Below, piece after piece: positions 29,352 to 36,712 of a stretch of DNA of 45,975 nt. The notes beneath the pieces are model-generated. The model ran no database searches. It was given only the letters and a program-made list of their open reading frames with translations, and was not told the DNA's origin. Where the stretch lies: positions 1 to 45,975 of the forward strand of contig JABJAG010000221.1 in assembly GCA_018666195.1 (NCBI GenBank). The letters are read 5' to 3'. Made by a program: the position numbers and the translations under genes. The stretch's first letter is position 1, and each line of letters opens with the position of its first letter. The stretch is from Alphaproteobacteria bacterium. Lineage in GTDB: Bacteria; Pseudomonadota; Alphaproteobacteria; UBA6615.

Positions 29352-29416
29352 GTCACGTGACCTCACGGGTTCGGGTCAGGCTGTACTGAAGCCCGGGATA
29401 ACAAAACGTTTGCGAA

Positions 29417-29818
29417 TTATGACGAAACAGGCGTTCCGGCAATTCCGCTACGAAGATCCTTGGCTGTGAAGAAATGACAATCTTCATCGGGTGAGATGCT
29501 CACACTGTGAACAACGTTCGCCGGGATATAAATGAGCTGACCCGGACCGACTTCGGATTCCTGACCATCGACCGTGGCGCTCAGATTGCCTGTGAGGATG
29601 TAAATCCACTGCTCGTTCGGATGCGTGTGGGGCAATGATGACTGCCCGGCTGGCAAGGTCATGATGCCCACCTGAGTCAATTCGCCTTCAACCACCGGGC
29701 CGAAGGTCTCTGCATAACCCGGCCCTGCGTCCAGACCCTGCAACTTGTCGACATCAAATACATAAGCGCCGTTGCCGGCCTTGTAGGCACCTTCGGTTTT
29801 CGTCTGTGTGTCAGCCAT
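29417..29818 (-). CDS. cupin domain protein
   Basis: 133 aa. Cupin motifs PHTHPNEQWIYILTG and GQLIYIPANVVHSV. Confidence 0.8.
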   Translation of the reverse strand: MADTQTKTEGAYKAGNGAYVFDVDKLQGLDAGPGYAETFGPVVEGELTQVGIMTLPAGQSSLPHTHPNEQWIYILTGNLSATVDGQESEVGPGQLIYIPANVVHSVSISPDEDCHFFTAKDLRSGIAGTPVSS

Positions 29819-30069
29819 TCTTTCCTCCCTGGATCAGGGCTGGAGAGTACACCGGATCAGAACACAAATTCGACCCGCAACCCGAAGATGGTCGAAGAAA
29901 ATTATCCGGAAATTTCATGCAATTCCGGCTCAAAAAGAACACGTACAAAACACACTTTCAGTATTAACAATGACCCGCTTTTTAGACGTCTGTATTTGGT
30001 TCTCTGCAGTGATCAAAAGTAATGTCCGTACATCAGTTAACAACCAGAACACAGCCGGCGGGAGCCAAC
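29819..30069. promoter_or_regulatory. AT-rich divergent control region (cupin gene <-> ParA-like gene)
   Basis: 251 nt, clearly AT-richer than its surroundings. Inverted repeat CCGGAA-N11-TTCCGG (29906..29928). Three AGAACAC copies (29859, 29936, 30046). GGAG Shine-Dalgarno sequence at 30061. Confidence 0.45.
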
Positions 30070-30777
30070 ATGAACATCCTTGCGCTGACATCGCAAAAGG
30101 GCGGATCGGGGAAAACCACCCTCGCAGGACATCTCGCCGTCGCCGCAGAGATCGCCGGCGCAGGCCCCGTTGCAATCATCGACACCGACCCCCAGGGCAG
30201 TCTGACCGACTGGTGGAACGAACGACACGCCAAGACACCATCATTTCTCAGCGCCTCGATCGCGACCCTCGCCGGAGATCTGGAGCGAGCGCGAAATCTT
30301 GGTTTCAAACTCGTGATTATCGACACACCCCCGGCGATCACCGACATGATCGAGCACGTCATCGGGCTGTCTGATCTCATCGCGATCCCCACGCGCCCCA
30401 GCCCGCATGATCTGCGAGCGGCCGGCACCACCATTTCGATGGTCGAGGCCGTTGGCAAACCTCTGGTTTTCATCATCAATGCCGCCAACCCGCGTGCCCG
30501 AATTACCGGGGAGGCTGCCGTCGTCCTGTCGCAACACGGCACCGTCGCGCCCGTGACCATTCATCAGCGAACGGATTTCGCCTCCAGCATGATCGATGGT
30601 CGCACGGTGATGGAACTCCCCCGCGCCGAACGCTCCTCAGATGAGGTATCCCGATTGTGGAACTATCTGCACGGCCGGTTTGAGCGACAAACCAAACCCA
30701 CTGTCATGTCAGATGGCTTCGCGCGCCTGACAGGCCTGCGTAACAACGGCACAATCCACTGGCCCGACGCGCGATGA
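30070..30777 (+). CDS. ParA/Soj-family ATPase (small, type Ib-like)
   Basis: ORF trimmed to MNILALTSQKGGSGKTTLAGHLA (deviant Walker A KGGSGKT). Has IIDTDPQGS and VIIDTPP (Walker B-like). 235 aa with no N-terminal HTH. Confidence 0.85.
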   Translation: MNILALTSQKGGSGKTTLAGHLAVAAEIAGAGPVAIIDTDPQGSLTDWWNERHAKTPSFLSASIATLAGDLERARNLGFKLVIIDTPPAITDMIEHVIGLSDLIAIPTRPSPHDLRAAGTTISMVEAVGKPLVFIINAANPRARITGEAAVVLSQHGTVAPVTIHQRTDFASSMIDGRTVMELPRAERSSDEVSRLWNYLHGRFERQTKPTVMSDGFARLTGLRNNGTIHWPDAR

Positions 30778-31169
30778 GCGAGGGCCTGCTAGCCAGAAAA
30801 GGCGAAGCCAACCCGGCCACCACCCACCACGGCGGTGAGTCGCGATTTCAGGCGCGCCGGATCATTGTCCTGCCGCCCATTCCATTGCAGCGGCCGGCAG
30901 ATTCAACATCCCCACAAGAGAAACTGCCTCGTCGTGCGGCGAATATGGCAAAGCCCGCGAAGCCGCCCATCAAGCGCCGGAAGTTCACCTTCCGCATTGA
31001 ACCCGAACGGCATGCCGCGTTCTGTAACACCGCCGAATCGCTGGGAATTAGCCGTCAGGAACTTCTGACACGCGCACTTGATGCCTATCTGAAACAGATG
31101 CCCGCGTCAGACACGCGCCAACACAATCACTGGTCCCAAGAGGATCCCGCCCCACAACTGCCGCTTTAG
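30774..31169 (+). CDS. ribbon-helix-helix (ParG/CopG-like) protein with long disordered N-terminal tail
   Basis: ATGA overlap with the ParA stop. C-terminal KRRKFTFRIEPERHAAFCNTAESLGISRQELLTRALDAYLKQ fits a strand-helix-helix pattern. An alternative start at 30945 would give 74 aa. Confidence 0.65.
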   Translation: MSEGLLARKGEANPATTHHGGESRFQARRIIVLPPIPLQRPADSTSPQEKLPRRAANMAKPAKPPIKRRKFTFRIEPERHAAFCNTAESLGISRQELLTRALDAYLKQMPASDTRQHNHWSQEDPAPQLPL

Positions 31170-31195
31170 CCGTATGTGGAGGAAAGAACAGAGCC

Positions 31196-31981
31196 ATGCC
31201 TGATCCCAACATAAAAACCGATCCGATTGCCCGTCCGGCACCCGCTGCATCTCTGGCCGCAATCACCATCAGCCGGAAGATGACGGAAACGCCCGAACAT
31301 TGTCCGGGAGAACCCAACACCCGCGCCCAGGACGCCGCTCCGGTGGCACTCGTTCCGACCAACGATGACAGTCCGGTTTCCGTCCGCCATCATCCTCAGC
31401 CACCTCAGGCGTTTCGCGCCCCGCGGCACGTAGCCAACTTCCGCAATCCGCAGCAAGACCTTCCCGCATATGCTGCAACGCCATCAACCTCAGGTCATGA
31501 TATCGCGCCTGCTGCAATCATCGATTTGTGGGAGCACCTGGCGGGCGAACACCTCAGGCCCAAGCTGCAGGAACTGGACTCATTGACGATTGCGCGCCAG
31601 TGGCCAAACAGCCTTTTGCTTCGGGTGACGGAGCACGGTCGACGTCCGGCCCTCGAAGTTGCCCATATGTTTGTTCCCACTTCGGGAGGTCCGACTGTTC
31701 CCATCCCGATCGATGCCATGACAGTCGACTGGATCGTCGCATTGGGTCGCGAAGTGGTCGTGACTGAAAGCCCGGTTCATGAAACCGATGCTGTGCCCAC
31801 AGGAAACGGACCGATAAACTGCGGTGTGATTGCACTTCCCTTTGGCCCTCGGAGCAGCGTGGATCACGTCCTCTGTCACCTCTATCGGGTCGATGAGACA
31901 GTGCTCGAAGGTGACGCCGTGTTGGAGCTCCGCATGCCGCCACGTGACCGAAAGGGCATCAAGCGCCTGTTTGGCTACTAA
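31196..31981 (+). CDS. hypothetical protein, Pro-rich N-terminus + PAS_5 (DUF1457)-like C-terminal domain
   Basis: 261 aa. The C-terminal roughly 150 aa (DLWEHLAGEHLRPKLQELD...LLLRV...VIALPFG...VDHVLCHLY) resemble the alphaproteobacterial PAS_5 pattern. Weak call made by eye. Confidence 0.45.
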   Translation: MPDPNIKTDPIARPAPAASLAAITISRKMTETPEHCPGEPNTRAQDAAPVALVPTNDDSPVSVRHHPQPPQAFRAPRHVANFRNPQQDLPAYAATPSTSGHDIAPAAIIDLWEHLAGEHLRPKLQELDSLTIARQWPNSLLLRVTEHGRRPALEVAHMFVPTSGGPTVPIPIDAMTVDWIVALGREVVVTESPVHETDAVPTGNGPINCGVIALPFGPRSSVDHVLCHLYRVDETVLEGDAVLELRMPPRDRKGIKRLFGY

Positions 31982-32006
31982 CGCCGTTTTGGCGGGCTGT
32001 CCTGCC

Positions 32007-32777
32007 CTAGTTCGAGAACACTTTTTTCAGAAGATCCGTGGTTCGCTTCGCCGGATTTTCGCGGATCGCCTTCTCTTCCTCGGCCAGGTACAGGAATATG
32101 CGTAGTCCGAGTTCGAGGACATGGTTCGAAAGGTCCGCCTTCACGTCGGGTACAAAAGGCACATTCTTGTAACGACTGATCGCAGCGTCATAGGAACGTA
32201 CAGCACCGACTTCCGACAGACTCTGATCCACGATGGGACGCATCCTGGATTTCAAATCGGGGGTCATGGTGCGCTCAAAGAAGCGCGTTGCCGCGTCATC
32301 TGGACCGTTATAGATCTCGCGGACGTCATCCATGGTCATTTGGTCCACCGCATTCCAGAACACAGATTGGGCCTCAGGCGCAGCAGCTTCCGCGGCGCGG
32401 TTCAGCTTGAGCTCCAGATCATCCATCATGCCGGACAACCCGACCCGCGAGAGCGTGCTCTGCACCGTCGAGAGGCTTTTGGGCAAAGGAACATGAATCC
32501 GGGGGTCGGCGTTGTATCCGTTCACAGCCCCAACCTGGCCAACAACAGTTTTCGCCCCAACCTTGAGCGCCTCACGCAATCCCGCCCCAATATCGGCGTC
32601 ATTCAACCCAAGCGAGGGCGTGTTTTGCGACGACCCGGAACCCGGAATTTGGCGCAACAGTTCACCACCGCGTTTAAAGAAATCGGATTGCGCCAGTGCG
32701 CCATGCGATGCTGCAACAATTGTAACGACAGCAACGGATGCCAGTAGCGCCTTGCGCCGGATAGACTTTTTTTGCAC
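32007..32777 (-). CDS. DUF4197 family periplasmic protein
   Basis: 256 aa. Signal peptide KALLASVAVVTIVAASHGALA. Conserved-looking LNDADIGAGLREALKVG ... YLAEEEKAIRENPAKRTTDLLKKVF. Confidence 0.7.
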   Translation of the reverse strand: MQKKSIRRKALLASVAVVTIVAASHGALAQSDFFKRGGELLRQIPGSGSSQNTPSLGLNDADIGAGLREALKVGAKTVVGQVGAVNGYNADPRIHVPLPKSLSTVQSTLSRVGLSGMMDDLELKLNRAAEAAAPEAQSVFWNAVDQMTMDDVREIYNGPDDAATRFFERTMTPDLKSRMRPIVDQSLSEVGAVRSYDAAISRYKNVPFVPDVKADLSNHVLELGLRIFLYLAEEEKAIRENPAKRTTDLLKKVFSN

Positions 32778-32890
32778 TGAACTGCCCCCAGGTTTTCACA
32801 GACACCCTACACCATCTGCGCGCCGGCCACATGTCCATTGCTGGAACAAATGCTAGACTGCCTGCTCTTCCCACCCGGACACCGACTCTC

Positions 32891-33256
32891 ATGAACCGAA
32901 TTGTACTCCTCATCATTGCCACACTTACCGGACTGGGAGCTGCTTATTCGGTCTGGCTCAATCTGGGCACCGAAGACGGAACGACAACCGGGACGCTAAT
33001 ACGCGCCATCGTGGCCATCGTCGTCATCGGCGCAATGCTGATCACCTGGGAGGCGCTTTTCAAAGCTCCCGCAGCACGAGTCACGCGCCTGAAACGAACG
33101 GCATTGCTGATCCTTGTCATCGGCATTCTCGGGGTCGGCATCAACGCCTTTCTCAGCAGCCGAACGAATGATCCCGATGGGCCAGTTTTTGTTTTGTCCC
33201 TGTTGCTCGTCCTGCAGGCGTTTCTGACCATCGCTCATGCCAGTCGCTCCGAGTGA
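32891..33256 (+). CDS. hypothetical small membrane protein (4 TM)
   Basis: ORF 32831..33256 trimmed to MNRIVLLIIATLTG. Four hydrophobic segments, no known motif. Confidence 0.5.
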   Translation: MNRIVLLIIATLTGLGAAYSVWLNLGTEDGTTTGTLIRAIVAIVVIGAMLITWEALFKAPAARVTRLKRTALLILVIGILGVGINAFLSSRTNDPDGPVFVLSLLLVLQAFLTIAHASRSE

Positions 33257-33299
33257 TCACAGCGCCTGATCTGGTTCAGGACTCACGCAGGAAAGCCGT

Positions 33300-34172
33300 A
33301 TGACCGGAAATCTTCGCGGCATTGCCTGGATGGCAACAACGGGTGTTCTGTTCGTCGCTGTCACCGGAATTGTCCGCCATCTGGGCACAGATATGAGTCC
33401 GGTTCAGGCCGCGTTCATACGCTATCTATTCGGTCTTCTTTTGCTGCTACCTGTCTTCGTTCGGATGGGAAGCCTTCGGCGGCCAGCTTCGGTCATCGGA
33501 CTGCATGCATCACGCGGAGTTATCCATGGAATCGGGGTCATGCTCTGGTTCTTTGCCATGGCAAACATCCCCATCGCAGAAGTAACCGCACTGGGGTTCA
33601 CCGCACCTATTTTCACCACCGTCGGCGCCGCATTATTTCTGGGAGAGCGTTTGCGCCTCTATCGGATCGGGGCTGTGCTGATGGGGTTTGGCGGCGCACT
33701 GGTTGTGCTGCAGCCCGGATTTCAGGAAATAAATATCGGCTCCATTGCTCAGCTCACCGCCGCGCCGTTGTTTGCGGCGTCTTTCCTGATCGCCAAGCGA
33801 TTGACCAATGTCGAGTCCAGTACGGCGATCGTCGCTTATCTCTCGGTCTTTGTGACTTTGGTTCTGTTGGTCCCAGCCATTTATGTCTGGCGAACGCCAA
33901 CCGCGATTGAACTGGTCTGGCTGTTCGCGACAGCGGCTCTCGCCACACTTGGCCACTACACACTGACTCAGGCTTTTCGCGCCGCAGACATTACCGTGAC
34001 GCAGCCTATTCAGTTTCTACAACTTGTCTGGGCGACCATTCTGGGGCTGGCCGTGTTCGGAGAACAGCCGGAAATCTGGACCTGGGTGGGCGGCGGTATG
34101 ATTGTCGCGAGCGCAACCTTCATCGCACACCGGGAAGGAAAACGCCGCAAAGACCGGGTTGAGAACCTTTAA
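33300..34172 (+). CDS. DMT (EamA) family transporter
   Basis: 290 aa, ten hydrophobic segments, duplicated EamA layout. Confidence 0.85.
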   Translation: MTGNLRGIAWMATTGVLFVAVTGIVRHLGTDMSPVQAAFIRYLFGLLLLLPVFVRMGSLRRPASVIGLHASRGVIHGIGVMLWFFAMANIPIAEVTALGFTAPIFTTVGAALFLGERLRLYRIGAVLMGFGGALVVLQPGFQEINIGSIAQLTAAPLFAASFLIAKRLTNVESSTAIVAYLSVFVTLVLLVPAIYVWRTPTAIELVWLFATAALATLGHYTLTQAFRAADITVTQPIQFLQLVWATILGLAVFGEQPEIWTWVGGGMIVASATFIAHREGKRRKDRVENL

Positions 34173-34300
34173 CGAAAGACGACCGCTGCAGCTGCCAGAA
34201 CCAGCATAGCCACCGCACAAAGCCCCACCAAAACCAAAACCACCGCCAGAACCAGGCCCTGCATGATGGGCTTCTGCTCTACTATTTCCTGTTCTTCCAT
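34169..34300 (-). CDS. candidate 43-aa single-pass membrane peptide
   Basis: Below the ORF-track cutoff. Translated by hand as MEEQEIVEQKPIMQGLVLAVVLVLVGLCAVAMLVLAAAAVVFR. GAGGGGAAG Shine-Dalgarno-like sequence 7 nt upstream of the ATG at 34300. Confidence 0.25.
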   Translation of the reverse strand: MEEQEIVEQKPIMQGLVLAVVLVLVGLCAVAMLVLAAAAVVFR

Positions 34301-34382
34301 AAATCCGCTTCCCCTCGCGAACGTCCATAGCCTGCATAACGCACCACGGGCCTGCTCCGCCAGCCGCTTCTCTATCCACAGT

Positions 34383-34772
34383 ATGGTTCTTCAACCGCAT
34401 AGACCCATGTATGGTAACTGCGAATCACACACTTCTTCGGAGAATCCGTTGAACTTCGTTTTCGATGTCGGCTTTTTCGCCGCAGCCTTTGTCCCCACCT
34501 TTCTCGTCAGCCGGATCGTGTTCCGGCTCTCCAAGTCGTGGGAGGGGCACTGGCAACGTCTCGTCCTCGCAAATATTGCATCGGGTATCATCTGTATTCT
34601 AGTGTTTGTGGTATCGGGCTCATGGTTCGCTGCCGGATTTGATTTCCCCTGGCTTTACGGCGTTGCGAATTTCGCTCTCGCGCAAACCATCTGGCTTGCG
34701 GTTGATGTCTACTCCGACTGGATCAACAAGCGCCTGACCAACGGAACCAACCCCGACATCAGCAAAAGCTGA
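34383..34772 (+). CDS. hypothetical membrane protein
   Basis: ORF 34263..34772, with likely start at the Met at 34383 or 34407. Three or four hydrophobic segments and lower GC than neighbouring genes. Confidence 0.45.
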   Translation: MVLQPHRPMYGNCESHTSSENPLNFVFDVGFFAAAFVPTFLVSRIVFRLSKSWEGHWQRLVLANIASGIICILVFVVSGSWFAAGFDFPWLYGVANFALAQTIWLAVDVYSDWINKRLTNGTNPDISKS

Positions 34773-34786
34773 GACCTAGAGGCGTC

Positions 34787-35296
34787 ATGGGCACTGACGG
34801 AAGTTCTGCGGCAAACGCAGATATCGATATCGGAAAATTCTGGAACGCGGTGGGGCAACGCGCCGTGGCCGCAACGATTGTGACCGCACGAGGCAGCGCC
34901 GGGCCAGCCGGATTTCTGGGCCTTTCAGCCACCCATGTCTGTGCTGCCCCGCCAACCATGCTGGTCTCCATCGATGCAAAAACCTCCGCGCTGGGTGCGA
35001 TCCGGGATTCGCGGCATTTCGCGATCAACTACCTGCCAGGCGGAACGGAAGACGTGGTCGATCTCTTCTCCGGGAAAAGCGACATCAAGGGCCCTGCCCG
35101 TTTTGAGGCGAACCGATGGGGTTATCTGGCAACCGGCGCGCCTGTGTTCAATGGCGCCGTTGGCGTGATGGATTGCATCCTGGAAGAAACCATCGAGCGA
35201 CACGGAACCATTCTTGCCCTCGGTCGCGTGGTCGCAGTTTCCGGTGACCCGGAAGCGGATCCGCTGGTGTATTTCCGAGGTGGTTACCTGACCTGA
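34787..35296 (+). CDS. flavin reductase family protein (FMN-binding split barrel)
   Basis: 169 aa. Pattern VTARGSAGPAGFLGLSATHVCAAPPTMLVSID ... RHFAINYL ... FNGAVGVMDCILEE is typical of HpaC/NtaB-like reductase components. Confidence 0.85.
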   Translation: MGTDGSSAANADIDIGKFWNAVGQRAVAATIVTARGSAGPAGFLGLSATHVCAAPPTMLVSIDAKTSALGAIRDSRHFAINYLPGGTEDVVDLFSGKSDIKGPARFEANRWGYLATGAPVFNGAVGVMDCILEETIERHGTILALGRVVAVSGDPEADPLVYFRGGYLT

Positions 35297-35305
35297 TCCA
35301 CCGCG

Positions 35306-36655
35306 TTACTGCGCCGCCTGATCTTCGACTTCAGCAAAAAACTGATTTTCGGGGCGGGGCAAACCAAGGTTTTCACGCAAGGTGGGGCCTTCATATTCAC
35401 GGCGCAGCAGCCCACGACGCTGTAGCTCTGGTGCGACACGATCCACGAACAGATCGAGACCTTCGGGCAGGAACGGGAACATAATCGTAAAGCCATCACT
35501 GGCACGGTTTTCGATCCACTCTTCCATTTCATCGGCAATGGTCTCGGACGTACCAACCAACGCAAGACCGGAATAACCGCCCATCCGCTGCGCCAGCTCT
35601 CTGACAGTCAGATCTTCTTGTTCGGCCATGCGAATGGCCCGCTCGCGGCCACTTTTGGAGGCATTGGACTCGGGAATCTCAGGCAGCGGACCATCAAGCT
35701 CGAACTTCGACGCGTCGGTCCCAAGCTGAATCGACAGTGATGCAATTGCACTATCCAGATGCACTTTGGAATCCAGCACAGCACGTTTCTCGCGCGCTTC
35801 CTCAACCGTATCGCCAACCACAACAAGACAGGCCGGCAGAATTTTCAGATGATCAGGATCGCGACCGAGTGTTTTCATCCGGCCCTTCACATCCGCATAA
35901 AACGCGCGCCCGTCTTCCATCGTGCGTTGGGCTGCAAAAATGGCATCTGCAGTTTCTGCTGCCAGCTGCCGTCCGGCTTCCGAGCCACCGGCCTGAACAA
36001 TCAGGGGCCAACCCTGAACCGGTCGTCCAATATGCAATGGACCACGAACATTAAAGTACTCCCCCTTGTGATCGAGTGTATGGAGTTTCTCCGGATCGAA
36101 GAAAACACCGGATTCCACATCGCGAATGAATGCATCATCCGCCCAACTGTCCCACAGGCCGGTCACCACGTCGTAAAATTCACGGGCACGTCGGTAGCGG
36201 TCAGCGTGATCGAGATGCTCATCCAAACCAAAATTTTTCGCCGCATCCGGGTTTGAAGTTGTGACGATATTCCAGCCAGCGCGCCCACCCGAAATATGAT
36301 CGAGTGAGGCAAACCGGCGCGCCACATGAAACGGGTCATCAAAGGACGTCGAACCGGTCGCAATCAGGCCGAGATTTTCTGTTGCCATGGATAACGCGGA
36401 CAACAGCGTGAATGGTTCAAACGATGTCGCTGTCGAACTGCGCTTGAGCGCATCCATCGGCATGTTCAGAAGGGCGAGATGATCAGCCATGAAAAAGGCA
36501 TCGAACCGCGCCTCTTCAAGTCGCTGAGCAAACTTCACAATGGCCCGGAAGTTGAAGTTCGCATCGGGCGTGCCGCCGGGGTAACGCCAGGCCCCGGTGT
36601 GGATGCTGATCGGGCGCATGAATGCCGCAAGATGAAGCTGTCGTGAAGCCGTCAT
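35306..36655 (-). CDS. FMN-dependent monooxygenase, NtaA/SnaA/DszA (LLM) family
   Basis: 449 aa. LHLAAFMRPISIHTGAWRYP ... FDAFFMADHLAL ... GRAGWNIVTS-like motif (GRAGWNIVTTSN). Confidence 0.9.
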   Translation of the reverse strand: MTASRQLHLAAFMRPISIHTGAWRYPGGTPDANFNFRAIVKFAQRLEEARFDAFFMADHLALLNMPMDALKRSSTATSFEPFTLLSALSMATENLGLIATGSTSFDDPFHVARRFASLDHISGGRAGWNIVTTSNPDAAKNFGLDEHLDHADRYRRAREFYDVVTGLWDSWADDAFIRDVESGVFFDPEKLHTLDHKGEYFNVRGPLHIGRPVQGWPLIVQAGGSEAGRQLAAETADAIFAAQRTMEDGRAFYADVKGRMKTLGRDPDHLKILPACLVVVGDTVEEAREKRAVLDSKVHLDSAIASLSIQLGTDASKFELDGPLPEIPESNASKSGRERAIRMAEQEDLTVRELAQRMGGYSGLALVGTSETIADEMEEWIENRASDGFTIMFPFLPEGLDLFVDRVAPELQRRGLLRREYEGPTLRENLGLPRPENQFFAEVEDQAAQ

Positions 36656-36712
36656 AATTGTTTACCTATTCTCATCACGTGTCATCGAACAGCACATCGT
36701 CCGCTTGAGGGA

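Noticed and set aside
29352-29361. Perfect 10-bp palindrome GTCACGTGAC immediately upstream of the LcdH-like start codon.
   Set aside because: It is too short to interpret alone and lies between the Shine-Dalgarno and the start. It could be chance or a minor hairpin. Recorded only.
30070-31169. ParA-RHH pair as evidence for a plasmid or integrated mobile element.
   Set aside because: I saw no replication initiator, integrase, relaxase, tRNA target or flanking direct repeats in the window. The surrounding genes are ordinary metabolic genes. It is kept as an orphan ParA finding instead.
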